A stretch of DNA of 58,797 bases from positions 1 through 58,797 of the forward strand of contig CBDHEC010000034.1 in assembly GCA_965261975.1 (NCBI GenBank). Reading direction: 5' to 3'. The position numbers were made by a program, and so were the translations under genes. The DNA is from Alphaproteobacteria bacterium (lineage in GTDB: Bacteria; Pseudomonadota; Alphaproteobacteria; UBA6615). Under the pieces are notes generated by a model, which ran no database searches, was not told the DNA's origin, and was given only the letters and a program-made list of their open reading frames with translations. Below are positions 10,005 through 20,224 of the stretch, piece by piece; the stretch's first letter is position 1, and every line of letters begins with the position of its first letter.

Positions 10005-11192
10005 CTATTCCGCCGGTCGGCCGAGCCAGCCGACCCAGGCGGCGATCATCGCGAGGGATTGGGTGCCGAAAATCACCCATGCCAGGGGGAGGTGGGTGGC
10101 GCTCGACAGGGCGCCGACCAGCAATGTTGCCAGCGCCGCCGTGCCATATTGCACCAGCCCGTTGATCGACGCGGCCGTGCCGGCATAGTCGGGCCGCACG
10201 CTGACCGCGGCGGCCATGACGGAAGGGAAGGCGATCGCCAGACCGATCCCGAACAGGGACATGGGCGCGATCGCGGCCAGGGGTGTCAGCACCCCGGCCA
10301 GTGGTAACGCCAGGTACAGGCCCGCGCCGAGCAACCCGATGAAGGTGCCCAGCACGATCATCCGGTTCACGCCGAGCTTGCCGGTCAGCCAGATGGCGCT
10401 GGCATAGCCGAAGAAGGCCCCCAACGTGCCGGTGAGCATGAGATAGCCGAACCGGTCCGGTGCGACGCCGTAATTGTCGATCAGGACGACGGGGACACCG
10501 GCGAACCAGGCGAACATGCCGCTGGCAATGAAGCCGATGTTGAGGCTGTAGGCGACGAAGGTGCGCTCGCCGATCAGCACCCGGTAGCCGCTCGCCAGCG
10601 CGCGGATGTTGCCGAGCAGGTCCGCCCCCTGGACGACATTGGTTTCCGCCATGCGCAGCGCACAATAGGTAAAAAGGGTGGCGCCCATGATTGCGAGGAA
10701 GATGAACGAGGCCTGCCAGCCGAACTGGGTGTGCAGATAGCCGCCGATGGCGGGCGCGGTGGCGGGCGCGAAGACCATGACGGTGGAGATGATGGCCAGG
10801 GCGCGGGCGGATTGTTTGCGGTCATAGAGGTCGCGGACGATCGAGCGAACCATCACCATCGACCCGGCCGCCCCGACGCCCTGCGCCACGCGCGCGAAGA
10901 TCAGCATCGTCATCGAGGTCGAGCCGGCGCAGACGAGGCTGGCGATCGTGTAGATGGCGAGACCCCACAGGAGGGTCGGGCGGCGGCCGAAGCGGTCGGA
11001 TACGCCGCCATAGAAAAGTTGTGCGATCGCGTAGGGAATCAGGAAGCCGATCAAGGAGCCCTGAACGGTGGTCGAGGGGACATCGAAGGCCCGCCCGATA
11101 TCGGGGATCGAAGGCAGGAACAGATTATAGGCGATCGCGCTGCTCGAGATCAGGATGGTCAGCAGCGGGATCGTTGGTGGACGGCGAAGAAT
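10005..11192 (-). CDS. Bcr/CflA family MFS efflux transporter
   Basis: GGVSDRFGRRP motif A, multiple TM helices. The frame stays open upstream of track start 11054 through NLFLPSIPDIGRAF; start tentatively ATT at 11192. Confidence 0.85.
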   Translation of the reverse strand: MLRRPPTIPLLTILISSSAIAYNLFLPSIPDIGRAFDVPSTTVQGSLIGFLIPYAIAQLFYGGVSDRFGRRPTLLWGLAIYTIASLVCAGSTSMTMLIFARVAQGVGAAGSMVMVRSIVRDLYDRKQSARALAIISTVMVFAPATAPAIGGYLHTQFGWQASFIFLAIMGATLFTYCALRMAETNVVQGADLLGNIRALASGYRVLIGERTFVAYSLNIGFIASGMFAWFAGVPVVLIDNYGVAPDRFGYLMLTGTLGAFFGYASAIWLTGKLGVNRMIVLGTFIGLLGAGLYLALPLAGVLTPLAAIAPMSLFGIGLAIAFPSVMAAAVSVRPDYAGTAASINGLVQYGTAALATLLVGALSSATHLPLAWVIFGTQSLAMIAAWVGWLGRPAE

Positions 11193-11226
11193 GGCGGGTT
11201 TCCAGGCGGTTTGGGCGGGTCTTGTG

Positions 11227-11637
11227 CTAGCGCACCAGCATATCGGCGTCCGACAGGTGCGGCACCTCCTCGTCGGACCCGGCGAAGGTGCGCGTGACCT
11301 TGTTGGAGCCGTAGATCCAGAGGATCACCATCGGTTCGTCGCCGATGTTGCGGAAGCAATGCTCGACGCCGGCCGTCACATAGGTCGTGTCATAGGCCTT
11401 GAGTTCGGTCGTCTCGCCGTCGATCTCGACCTCCGCACGGCCCGAAAGAAGCGTGACCTGCTCGTCGCAATTATGCTTGTGCAACGGGGCCGCCTGTCCC
11501 GCGGGGAAAGAGCTGATGCCGGTGGTGAAGGCCGCGTCGGGCCGTGCCTTGGGCACGATTAACGGCGTGCTCGCAACACCGCCGCCTCGCGCGAGGGTCG
11601 GAGTCTCGTCGAACTTCAGAATGACGTTATCGGACAT
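11227..11637 (-). CDS. Cupin domain protein
   Basis: PLHKHNCDEQVTLLSG and VTAGVEHCFRN cupin motifs; GGGAG RBS. Confidence 0.88.
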   Translation of the reverse strand: MSDNVILKFDETPTLARGGGVASTPLIVPKARPDAAFTTGISSFPAGQAAPLHKHNCDEQVTLLSGRAEVEIDGETTELKAYDTTYVTAGVEHCFRNIGDEPMVILWIYGSNKVTRTFAGSDEEVPHLSDADMLVR

Positions 11638-11751
11638 GGCGATCTCCCCAGATTGTCACGCGGCGCAACGGGTCGCCGCCGTGTCCTACCTGAGTAGCAG
11701 TCCGGTTTGCGGGTTCACAAGCCCCGGCGCCGAGCGGCGCGTCGCCTGGAA

Positions 11752-12192
11752 CTAGTCTGCGGCCTGCTCGTCGGCGAAGTAGTTGAGCTCAACCGTGATC
11801 CCGTTCGGGTCCTCGATGAAAATCTGGAACAGGTCGAGGTCGGGGACCTTGCGTTCGCGAAAGCGCACGCCCTTCTTCTCAAGCTTGGCCACCAGCATCT
11901 CGGGCTCTTTCGCCCGGAACGCAACATGGTCGAATGCGCCAGAGCCGCCTGTTCCGTCGAGCTTGGAAGCGTCGATGTCGCCGCCGAGATACTCGATCAG
12001 GCCCGATGGGTCGCCCGGGTCCACGCCGACCAGGTGGACGACAGGCTTGCCGTCGACATAAAGCCAGTTGCCGGGAAAGTCGAAATCGGGCCGATCACCG
12101 TCGATCATCCCGAGAAGGTCGACATAGAAATCCCTTGTTTCGTTCAGTTTGACCGTTCGGATCGAACAATGATCCAGCGTGCTGAGGGACAT
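11752..12192 (-). CDS. VOC/glyoxalase family protein
   Basis: LDHCSI, FYVDLLG, FDHVAF, QIFIEDPNGITVEL. Confidence 0.9.
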   Translation of the reverse strand: MSLSTLDHCSIRTVKLNETRDFYVDLLGMIDGDRPDFDFPGNWLYVDGKPVVHLVGVDPGDPSGLIEYLGGDIDASKLDGTGGSGAFDHVAFRAKEPEMLVAKLEKKGVRFRERKVPDLDLFQIFIEDPNGITVELNYFADEQAAD

Positions 12193-12368
12193 TTTCTTCT
12201 CCTGTTCGCGAGGGGGTGAGCGGAGGGGAATGTGCGCGAGGGGCGCCGACGCTGAATTGATCCAGGTCAGGGCCCCCGGCGGGTGGGCGGCGTATGAGTG
12301 GGGTGCGATGGGTCAGCACCCGTCACAGCTATCGTCATGCGAATCGGCCGAGAGGAGCTCGAATACCA

Positions 12369-12872
12369 ATGGACCCGGATACGAAGAAAACCGTCCTGCG
12401 CATCATCCCCTACGGGATCTATGTCGTCACCGCCAAAACCGCGGCCGGGGAGATCGCGGCGGCGACCGTTAACTGGGTGACACAGACCTCTTTCGAGCCG
12501 CCGTTGGTCGCCATTGCCGTGAAAGCGGATTCCGGCCCCCTGAATGTCATCAGGGAAGCGGGCAACTTCGCCCTCAACTTCCTGGGGAAGGGCCAGCAGG
12601 GATTCGCGTTCGCGTTCTTCAAGCCGGCGAACGCCGATGACGGGACGATCAATGGCGAGGCCTATCAGGACGGCGCGACCGGTGCGCCTATTCTGGATGG
12701 CGCGCCGGCTAATATCGAGTGCAAGCTTGTCGACATTATCGCCCATGGCGATCACCACCTGGTGCTTGGCGAAGTCGTCAATGCGGAAGCCAAGTTGCCC
12801 ATCGAGGGACGTCCCGATGTGGCCGGGCTGCACATGAATGAGCTGGGGGACAACGTCTTTTACGGCGGTTGA
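12369..12872 (+). CDS. Flavin reductase-like protein
   Basis: IPYGIYVVT, QTSFEPPLV, GAPIL, GDHHLVLGEV; GAGGAG RBS. Confidence 0.9.
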   Translation: MDPDTKKTVLRIIPYGIYVVTAKTAAGEIAAATVNWVTQTSFEPPLVAIAVKADSGPLNVIREAGNFALNFLGKGQQGFAFAFFKPANADDGTINGEAYQDGATGAPILDGAPANIECKLVDIIAHGDHHLVLGEVVNAEAKLPIEGRPDVAGLHMNELGDNVFYGG

Positions 12873-13045
12873 GTCCAAACACCGCGTGTGACCATCTCAG
12901 TGGTCCGAAATGACGACAAAATAGCGTCCTGATGCTGCTTGCCCTGCGTGCTGCAGCGCGGCATATTCCCCCCGCACTGTCAGGTGCACGGTGCAGGTGC
13001 CGACCGGCCCCGCACATGTTGGTTCGAACCGAGGTTCTTCACATC

Positions 13046-14278
13046 ATGAAGATCGCGATTGCAAAGGAACGCCGCCCGCACGAACGCCGCGTGGCCGCGA
13101 CCCCAGATACGATCAAACGCTACCTCCAGTGGGGCTTCGACGTGAGCGTCGAGAGCGGCGCCGGCGAGGGAGCATCAATTTCAGACGCGCAGTACAGCGA
13201 TGCCGGGGCGACCGTTGCGGCGTCACGTGCCGATGCGCTGGCGGGTGCCGATATCGTGCTCAAGGTCCAGCGTCCGCTGACCGCGGCGGACGGCGACGAC
13301 GGGATGGGCGACATTCCCGACGGGGCAATGCTGATCGCGTTGCAGAACCCGTATGGCGATCCGGCCGGCGTGGAGGCCTATGCAAAGGGCAACGTCACCG
13401 CTTTCGCCATGGAGATGCTGCCGCGTATCAGCCGCGCCCAGTCGATGGACGTGCTGAGCTCCCAGTCGAACCTGACCGGCTACAAGGCGGTGATCGACGG
13501 TGCTGCGAATTACGGCCGCGGCATGCCGATGCTGATGACCGCCGCCGGACGGATTAACCCGGCGAAAGTGTTCGTGATGGGTGCGGGTGTTGCGGGCCTC
13601 CAGGCCATCGCTACCGCGCGCCGCATGGGGGCCATCGTGTCGGCCACCGACGTACGCATGGCGGCCAAGGAAGAAGTGGCGAGCCTCGGCGCATCCTTCA
13701 TCATGGTCGAGCCCGATGAGGGCGATACCGGACAGACCGCCGGCGGTTACGCCAAGGAAATGTCCGACGATTACAAGCGCCGCCAGGCCGAGCTGATCGC
13801 GGATCACATCAAGGATCAGGATATCGTCATCACGACGGCGCTGATCCCGGGACGTCCGGCACCGGTGCTGGTCAATGATGACATGGTCGCCTCGATGAAG
13901 CCGGGTTCGGTGATCGTCGATATCGCGGCCGAGCAGGGTGGCAACTGCACCCAGACCAAGCCGGGCGAGAAGCATGTCACCGACAATGGCGTGATCATCC
14001 TGGCCGAACTCAATCTGCCCTCGCAGCTCGCCGCGGACACCTCGGCGCTGTATGCGCGGAACCTGCAGAACTTCATCGAATTGCTGGTCGACAAGGACGA
14101 AAAGAAAATCGCCATCGACTGGGAAGACGAAATTATCGTCGGCACCTGCCTGACGCGCGACGGCAAGATCGTGCATCCGGCCCTGCTGCCGAAAGACGAG
14201 ACACCGCCTGCCCCGGAACCTGCTGCCGAAGCAGATGATGAGGCGGACGACGAAACTTCATCCGAGCCGGGAGCCTGA
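13046..14278 (+). CDS. pntAa: NAD(P) transhydrogenase subunit alpha part 1
   Basis: [47 protein letters not shown]. Confidence 0.95.
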   Translation: MKIAIAKERRPHERRVAATPDTIKRYLQWGFDVSVESGAGEGASISDAQYSDAGATVAASRADALAGADIVLKVQRPLTAADGDDGMGDIPDGAMLIALQNPYGDPAGVEAYAKGNVTAFAMEMLPRISRAQSMDVLSSQSNLTGYKAVIDGAANYGRGMPMLMTAAGRINPAKVFVMGAGVAGLQAIATARRMGAIVSATDVRMAAKEEVASLGASFIMVEPDEGDTGQTAGGYAKEMSDDYKRRQAELIADHIKDQDIVITTALIPGRPAPVLVNDDMVASMKPGSVIVDIAAEQGGNCTQTKPGEKHVTDNGVIILAELNLPSQLAADTSALYARNLQNFIELLVDKDEKKIAIDWEDEIIVGTCLTRDGKIVHPALLPKDETPPAPEPAAEADDEADDETSSEPGA

Positions 14279-14280
14279 CC

Positions 14281-14688
14281 ATGGATCCTTCGACCCTAGC
14301 TGAAAGCGCCGCCCAGCTTGCCAATGACGCGCAGGGCATTGCCGAGCGCGCCGGTGCGCTGGCCCAGGACGCGACACAAATCGCCCTGACGCAAACCGCG
14401 GCCGGCGGCGACCCCTTCGTGTTCCTGTTCACCGTGTTCGTGCTGGCTTGTTTCGTCGGTTACTACGTGGTCTGGAGCGTCACCCCGGCGCTGCATTCGC
14501 CGCTGATGGCCGTCACCAACGCGATTTCGTCGGTGATCATCGTCGGCGCGCTGATCGCGGCCGGACCGGGTGAGTGGAACATTTCCAAGACTTTCGGGTT
14601 CATCGCCGTGATTCTCGCATCGGTGAACATATTCGGCGGATTTATCGTGACGCAGCGTATGCTCTCGATGTTCCGCGCGAAGAAGTAG
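14281..14688 (+). CDS. pntAb: NAD(P) transhydrogenase subunit alpha part 2
   Basis: [31 protein letters not shown]. Confidence 0.95.
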   Translation: MDPSTLAESAAQLANDAQGIAERAGALAQDATQIALTQTAAGGDPFVFLFTVFVLACFVGYYVVWSVTPALHSPLMAVTNAISSVIIVGALIAAGPGEWNISKTFGFIAVILASVNIFGGFIVTQRMLSMFRAKK

Positions 14689-14701
14689 CAGAGCGCCGCA
14701 C

Positions 14702-16105
14702 ATGTCCGCTTCACTGACTGCATTTGCATATCTGATCGCCAGCGTCTGTTTCATCATGGCGCTGCGCGGCTTGAGCTCGCCGAAGACGGCCCGCATGGGC
14801 AATGTCTACGGCATCACGGGTATGGTCATCGCCATCCTCACCACCCTGACGCTACCAAGCGTGTCCTCTTTCGGCACGATCGCCCTCGGCATCGCGATCG
14901 GCGGTGCGCTGGGTGCGATCATCGCGCTCAAGATCGCCATGACCGCGCTGCCGCAGCTGGTTGCCGCCTTCCATTCCCTGGTCGGCCTCGCCGCGGTGTT
15001 CGTCGCGGGTGCGGCCTTCTTCTCGCCCGAGGCCTATGGCATCGGCACGGTCGGCGATATCAAGGTCGCCAGCCTGGTCGAGATGTCGATTGGTACGGCC
15101 ATCGGCGCGATCACCTTCACCGGTTCGATCATCGCCTTCGGCAAGCTGCAGGGCATCCTGCCGGGCAAGCCGCTGGTCTTCCCGGGCCAGCACATGGTCA
15201 ATCTCGGCCTCGGCATCGCACTGGTCGCCTGTGTGATCTGGCTGACCATCGCCCAGTCCGACACGGCCTTCTGGACGATCGTTGCGATCTCGCTGGTGGT
15301 CGGTGTGCTGATCATCGTGCCGATCGGCGGGGCGGACATGCCCGTCGTCGTGTCCATGCTGAACTCCTATTCCGGCTGGGCGGCCGCGGGTATCGGCTTC
15401 ACCCTGGCCAACCCCGCGCTGATTATCGTCGGCGCCCTGGTCGGCTCGTCGGGTGCGATCCTGAGTTACGTCATGTGCAAGGGCATGAACCGGTCCTTCT
15501 TCAACGTGATCCTGGGCGGCTTCGGTGGCGAGGCTGCCGCACCGGGCATGGAAGACCTGGGTGACCGGACGGTGCGCCAGGGGGCGGCGGACGACGCGGC
15601 CTTCATCATGGAGCAGGCGACCAAGGTCATCATCGTGCCGGGTTACGGCATGGCCGTGGCCCAGGCGCAGCACGCCCTGGCCGAGATGGCGCAGGTCCTG
15701 GAAGAGAAGGGCGTGGAAGTGCGCTACGCGATCCATCCCGTGGCCGGTCGCATGCCGGGTCATATGAACGTGCTGCTCGCCGAGGCGAGCGTGCCCTATG
15801 ACGTGGTGTTCGAGCTGGATGAGATTAATTCCGATTTCTCATCCACCGACGTGACCTTCGTCATCGGCGCCAACGACATCACCAACCCCGCGGCCAAGAC
15901 CGACAAGTCGAGCCCGATCTACGGGATGCCGGTCCTTAACGTCGAGGAATCGGGCACGGTGCTGTTTATCAAGCGCTCGCTCGCATCGGGTTATGCCGGT
16001 GTCGACAACCCGCTCTTCTATGAAGACAACACGATGATGCTGTTCGCCGATGCCAAGAAGATGTGCGAGGACATCGTCAAGGCGCTGAAGGGCGGCGGCC
16101 ACTAG
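14702..16105 (+). CDS. pntB: NAD(P) transhydrogenase subunit beta
   Basis: IGGADMPVVVSMLNSYSG, PGYGMAVAQAQH, HPVAGRMPGHMNVLLAEA. Confidence 0.96.
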   Translation: MSASLTAFAYLIASVCFIMALRGLSSPKTARMGNVYGITGMVIAILTTLTLPSVSSFGTIALGIAIGGALGAIIALKIAMTALPQLVAAFHSLVGLAAVFVAGAAFFSPEAYGIGTVGDIKVASLVEMSIGTAIGAITFTGSIIAFGKLQGILPGKPLVFPGQHMVNLGLGIALVACVIWLTIAQSDTAFWTIVAISLVVGVLIIVPIGGADMPVVVSMLNSYSGWAAAGIGFTLANPALIIVGALVGSSGAILSYVMCKGMNRSFFNVILGGFGGEAAAPGMEDLGDRTVRQGAADDAAFIMEQATKVIIVPGYGMAVAQAQHALAEMAQVLEEKGVEVRYAIHPVAGRMPGHMNVLLAEASVPYDVVFELDEINSDFSSTDVTFVIGANDITNPAAKTDKSSPIYGMPVLNVEESGTVLFIKRSLASGYAGVDNPLFYEDNTMMLFADAKKMCEDIVKALKGGGH

Positions 16106-16146
16106 GCCAAAGATTTTCCGGGTGCCTTGACGCACCCCTGAAACGC

Positions 16147-16183
16147 AAAACGCACGACCCAAAGGGTCGTGCGTTTTCTTTTT
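16147..16183. terminator. Bidirectional intrinsic terminator between pntB and rpsU
   Basis: AAAACGCACGACCC-AAA-GGGTCGTGCGTTTT hairpin followed by CTTTTT, between convergent genes. Confidence 0.85.
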
Positions 16184-16211
16184 CCTGAAAACAGGAGGTG
16201 TTGTCGCGGGG

Positions 16212-16427
16212 CTAGAAGCCTTCGCGTTCCTTGCGTTTGCGCGCGAGCTTCCGAGCCCGGCGAACCGCTTCCGCCTTTTCACGAGCGCGCTTTTCCGACG
16301 GCTTCTCATAGGAGCGACGGAGCTTCATCTCGCGAAATACGCCTTCGCGCTGCATTTTCTTCTTCAGCGCTTTCAGCGCCTGGTCGACATTATTGTCTCT
16401 AACTACGACCTGGACGATAGGAATCAC
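16212..16427 (-). CDS. rpsU: 30S ribosomal protein S21
   Basis: [31 protein letters not shown]...[15 protein letters not shown]. Start uncertain (GTG 16427 or non-canonical near 16415-16418). Confidence 0.95.
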   Translation of the reverse strand: MIPIVQVVVRDNNVDQALKALKKKMQREGVFREMKLRRSYEKPSEKRAREKAEAVRRARKLARKRKEREGF

Positions 16428-16670
16428 CCCCTTCCGCACATTTCGGCCCGCAACCCGCATAAATTCACGGTTTTCGGTGCCGTCCCCAACGGGGAGGCGC
16501 CTTCTAGCACGGGTTTGCGCGAAAAGCCAAGGATTGGCGGCAACAGATTGGGCGTGCGTGCCGGAAAATCGCCTTAATTCGACGTTTCCATGGTATCCGG
16601 CGCTCATGTTGGGCATGCCGGCGCGATGGCGGTAACATCGCGGGACGCGTATCTGGATGGGAGTATCGGC

Positions 16671-17453
16671 ATGACGAACCGGCCGAATTTTGCAACGCCG
16701 ACAACAGCGGTAGCGTTTGCCTGCCTGCTGACGCTGGCGGCAGGCCCGGCCTGGGCGCAATCGACCCCGTCTTCGAACGCATCTGCCAGCCGCGATGCCG
16801 GCACGCTGTCCCACGACTGCACCGAGGTGACCGTCGACTACACCGACGATGCCAACCTGACCCGCGAGGAACGGATTGCCCGGATGGACCGCGCCTTCCA
16901 GCGCTCGTTGAGCCGGTTTGAGGAATGCCAGAGTGAACGCGCCGGCGCCGGCGGTGGAGCCAGTGGCGGCGGCACGGGTTCCGGCGCAGCGGGCGGCGGC
17001 GTTTCCGGGTCCGGGACCGCGGGATCTGAGCCGGACGGCAGCGAAACCTCGACGGCGGCGAGCGATATCTCCGGGCCGGACGCGCCGCTCGACGCGCCGG
17101 CACCCTCGGGCACCTCGACCGCGGCCAGCGATGTGACCGGCGATGAGCCGACCGTGACCGCCGCCACCACGCCCGACACGAATGCTTCGAGCTCAGGCGG
17201 CAAATGGACGCCGCCCGAGGATGCGGAAAACGGCCCATTGCCCGCAGACAGCGCGGCCGACGAAGAACCGGTGCGCGAGGCGGCGCGTACACAGAATAAC
17301 GGGAAGGTGCCGGAAGATATCCCGCCGGCGGACAACGACAGCGCGCTGGAGGCCCAAATACGCCAGGCGGCGATCGAGGAAACCGACCCGGAGCTGAAAA
17401 AACGGCTCTGGGACGAGTATCGCAGGTATAAGGGCCTGCCCGTGACGAACTAG
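16671..17453 (+). CDS. Secreted low-complexity protein (Gly/Ser/Pro/acidic) with helical C-terminal domain
   Basis: GGGAG RBS, signal peptide (AWA|Q), Cys pair, GS-rich linker, C-terminus [40 protein letters not shown]. Confidence 0.8.
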   Translation: MTNRPNFATPTTAVAFACLLTLAAGPAWAQSTPSSNASASRDAGTLSHDCTEVTVDYTDDANLTREERIARMDRAFQRSLSRFEECQSERAGAGGGASGGGTGSGAAGGGVSGSGTAGSEPDGSETSTAASDISGPDAPLDAPAPSGTSTAASDVTGDEPTVTAATTPDTNASSSGGKWTPPEDAENGPLPADSAADEEPVREAARTQNNGKVPEDIPPADNDSALEAQIRQAAIEETDPELKKRLWDEYRRYKGLPVTN

Positions 17454-17473
17454 GCGGGCGGACGGAGACAGAC

Positions 17474-18739
17474 ATGCAAAAGTTTTTCCGCAATATGGGT
17501 GTCTACGCCCTGTGTGCGTGCTTCATTCTCACCGGCTGCGTGACCAACGGGAACGTCGGCTCGGGCGGCGGCGCGTCGGGTGCGAGCGGTCCCAATGTGG
17601 GCCCGCAGCTGTCGTCGCTGTTCGACCCCAAGGGGCCGGCCGTGGTCGACCCGGCCAAGCCGCGCCTTGATGTGATCGTGCCGGTGTTCGACCCGGGCCT
17701 TTCGGATGCTGGGCGCAACTACCAGGAAGAGGGTGTCTGGCCCGAGCTGCGGCGGGCCGAGGCAAACCGGTTTGCGGTGAAGCTGAAGGAGGCGCTCGAG
17801 AAAACGGGCGCGTTCGGCGCCGTGCGCGTGACCCCGGACCGCAACGCCACCGGCGATCTGTATGTCCTGGGGACCATCGTCGAATCCAACGGCGAGGACG
17901 TGGAGATCCAGGTCGAGGTGGTCGATGTGTCGGGCCGGTCCTGGTTCGTTCGCTCTTTCGACCATGAGGTATCCCCGGGATTTCACAAGAACACCCGCAA
18001 TGAGGGGCTGGATCCCTATGACCCGGTGTTCGATGAAGCGGCCAACCGGGTTGCCCTTGAGCTGGACGATTACTCGGTTGCGGAGCTGGACAATCTGGGC
18101 CGGCTAACCGAGCTGCGCTTCGGTTCGAACTTCGCCGAGGAGGCCTTCGCCGATCATCTCGAGGTCAAACGGAACAGTGTTTCGTTGCGCAGTTTTCCGA
18201 GCGATGCGGACCCGATGCTGGAGCGGACCCGCGCGGTACGGGTGCGGGACCAGTTGTTCGTGGACGGCTTGCAGGATCACTACCGCGCCTTCAGCGCCGA
18301 GATGCAGGAAAGCTACCTGATCTGGCAGGAGCAGAGCCTGTTCGAGATCGAGGCCCGGCGCGAAGCCAATGAGAAGGCGGCCGGTGAGGCCGCGCTCGGC
18401 GTGCTGGCCATCGGCCTGGGCGTGCTGGCCGTCATCGCCGGGGCGAACTCGGATTCCGCTGCCGGCCAGACAGCTGGTGTGACCGGCGGTATGGTGGCGG
18501 GAACGCTGGGGGCAACCCTGCTGTCGAGCAGCTTCCAGACCAGCAAGGAAGCCAAGGTGCACCGTGAAGCACTCGCCGAGCTGGGCGAATCCATCGATAT
18601 CGACCTCGCCCCGCGGGTGGTGGCGTTCAACGAGAAGACTGTCGAGTTGACGGGTACCGCCAAGGAACAATTCGCCCAGTGGCGGGCCTTCCTGCAAAAG
18701 GTTTTCGAGGAAGAGCGAACCCCGAACGTCCAGCTCTAG
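17474..18739 (+). CDS. Hypothetical lipoprotein
   Basis: GGAG RBS, lipobox ILTG|C, Gly-rich tether, Gly/Ala-rich hydrophobic hairpin (ALGVLAIGLGVLAVIAG...GGMVAGTLGA) near C-terminus. Confidence 0.85.
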   Translation: MQKFFRNMGVYALCACFILTGCVTNGNVGSGGGASGASGPNVGPQLSSLFDPKGPAVVDPAKPRLDVIVPVFDPGLSDAGRNYQEEGVWPELRRAEANRFAVKLKEALEKTGAFGAVRVTPDRNATGDLYVLGTIVESNGEDVEIQVEVVDVSGRSWFVRSFDHEVSPGFHKNTRNEGLDPYDPVFDEAANRVALELDDYSVAELDNLGRLTELRFGSNFAEEAFADHLEVKRNSVSLRSFPSDADPMLERTRAVRVRDQLFVDGLQDHYRAFSAEMQESYLIWQEQSLFEIEARREANEKAAGEAALGVLAIGLGVLAVIAGANSDSAAGQTAGVTGGMVAGTLGATLLSSSFQTSKEAKVHREALAELGESIDIDLAPRVVAFNEKTVELTGTAKEQFAQWRAFLQKVFEEERTPNVQL

Positions 18740-18754
18740 GTTACACTGGCGCCC

Positions 18755-20224
18755 ATGCTCCAGGAGAAACTCGAACAGGAAAGTCGGGCTGCCCAGCGTC
18801 GTCGGATGCAGATCGTGGTTGCCGTCGCGCTGAGTGTTGCGGTTGTCGGCCTCGCCTATGGCGGGCTGGTGCTGCTGCGCCCTTCCGGAGACGCGCCGGA
18901 CGTGACGAATGTGTCGCGCTCGACTCCCGCCGAGACGGTCACGAATGCGCCGGAAACCGTGGCGCTGGAAATTGCTGTCGACGATGCGGCGAACGAGGCC
19001 GCGCGCGCGCAGTTCAAGACCGACCTTGCGGCCTTCCAGGCCGACCTGGAGCCGGCGGTGGTGCATGCTGATTTCGCCCGCTGGGATGCCGCTGCCCAGC
19101 GCCGCGTTCTGGACGGCAAGGCAACCGCGATCGCGCTGTTTTCCGAGGCGGCCTATATGGCGGCCGTGGATGAACTGGCGGCGGCCCGCACGGTGGCCGA
19201 GGCGGCCCTGGCGGCCCGGGAGAAGGCATTCGATGATGCGTTCGCCGCGGCGGAAGCCGGCCATGGCGCGGACAATTACGACGTTGCGGCGCTGGCGATC
19301 GACCGGGCCCTGACCATCCGGCCGGCCTCTGCGCCGGCGTTGGCCCTGAAGCAGCGCATCGATGCGTTGCCCGCGCTGCTGGCGAAGATCGAGGACGCGG
19401 CCGTGGCCCGGGTCGAGAATAATCTGGACGCCGAGCGGCAGCATCTGGAGGCGGCCCTGGCGATCGATCCCGGCCGCACCGCTCTTGCGACGCGTCTGGA
19501 CGAGGTGCGCCGCCTGCAGCGCGACGCGCGCTTTGCCGGCCATATCGTCGCCGGCCTGACCGATGTGGAGGCCCGCAGACTGGCCTCGGCACAACGCAAC
19601 CTGGACGATGCCCGCGCGATCTATCCCGACCGCGCGGAGGTGGATGTTCTGGACGAGAAGATCGCCGGGCTGGAACTCGAACTCCTGATCGAGCGGCTGA
19701 CCCGGACGGCCCGGGGTGCGGCACAGGCCGACGACTGGGCGACGGCCGAACAATCCTATGTCCAGGTGCGCCGGCTGGCCCCGGCCAACCGCGACATCAC
19801 CGACGGGCTGGCGCTGGCCCAGACGATCAACGGGCTGCATGCGCGTGCCGCCCGGCACCTGGGCGCGCCCGACCGGCTCGCCTCCGAAGGGGTGGCCGCC
19901 GATGCCAGCGCGGTCGTCGCGGCGATCGCACCGCTGCGCGAGCACAGCCCGCGGCTCGCCGCCCAGGCCGATGCGCTCGCCGGGCTGGTGGCGGCCTATG
20001 GGGTGAAGGTGCCGGTGCGGATCGTCTCCGACGGGAAGACCGACATCACCGTGCGCGGGGTCGGGATCGTGGGGAAGGTGACCGAGCGGACCATCGAGCT
20101 GCGGCCGGGGCGTTATACCTTCGAGGGAATCCGCGAGGGTTTCCAGGCCGTTCTCGTGCGCGTCGACATCCCGCCGGGACAGGCCGACCTGGTCCTGGAG
20201 ATCGTGCCCGATGAACGAATCTGA
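18755..20224 (+). CDS. Membrane-anchored Ala-rich helical (TPR/coiled-coil-like) protein with C-terminal PEGA-like beta domain
   Basis: RRR + TM (IVVAVALSVAVVGLAYGGLVLL), helical repeats ending ALTIRP/ALAIDP/ARAIYP/RRLAP, C-terminal VRIVSDGKTDITV...LRPGRYTFEGIREGF. Confidence 0.8.
   Translation: MLQEKLEQESRAAQRRRMQIVVAVALSVAVVGLAYGGLVLLRPSGDAPDVTNVSRSTPAETVTNAPETVALEIAVDDAANEAARAQFKTDLAAFQADLEPAVVHADFARWDAAAQRRVLDGKATAIALFSEAAYMAAVDELAAARTVAEAALAAREKAFDDAFAAAEAGHGADNYDVAALAIDRALTIRPASAPALALKQRIDALPALLAKIEDAAVARVENNLDAERQHLEAALAIDPGRTALATRLDEVRRLQRDARFAGHIVAGLTDVEARRLASAQRNLDDARAIYPDRAEVDVLDEKIAGLELELLIERLTRTARGAAQADDWATAEQSYVQVRRLAPANRDITDGLALAQTINGLHARAARHLGAPDRLASEGVAADASAVVAAIAPLREHSPRLAAQADALAGLVAAYGVKVPVRIVSDGKTDITVRGVGIVGKVTERTIELRPGRYTFEGIREGFQAVLVRVDIPPGQADLVLEIVPDERI

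Noticed and set aside
16660-16673. 14-bp match GGAGTATCGGCATG shared with the start of the island ORF at 49814-49827 (minus strand)
   Set aside because: Half of the match is RBS plus ATG; no further similarity seen, so treated as chance.
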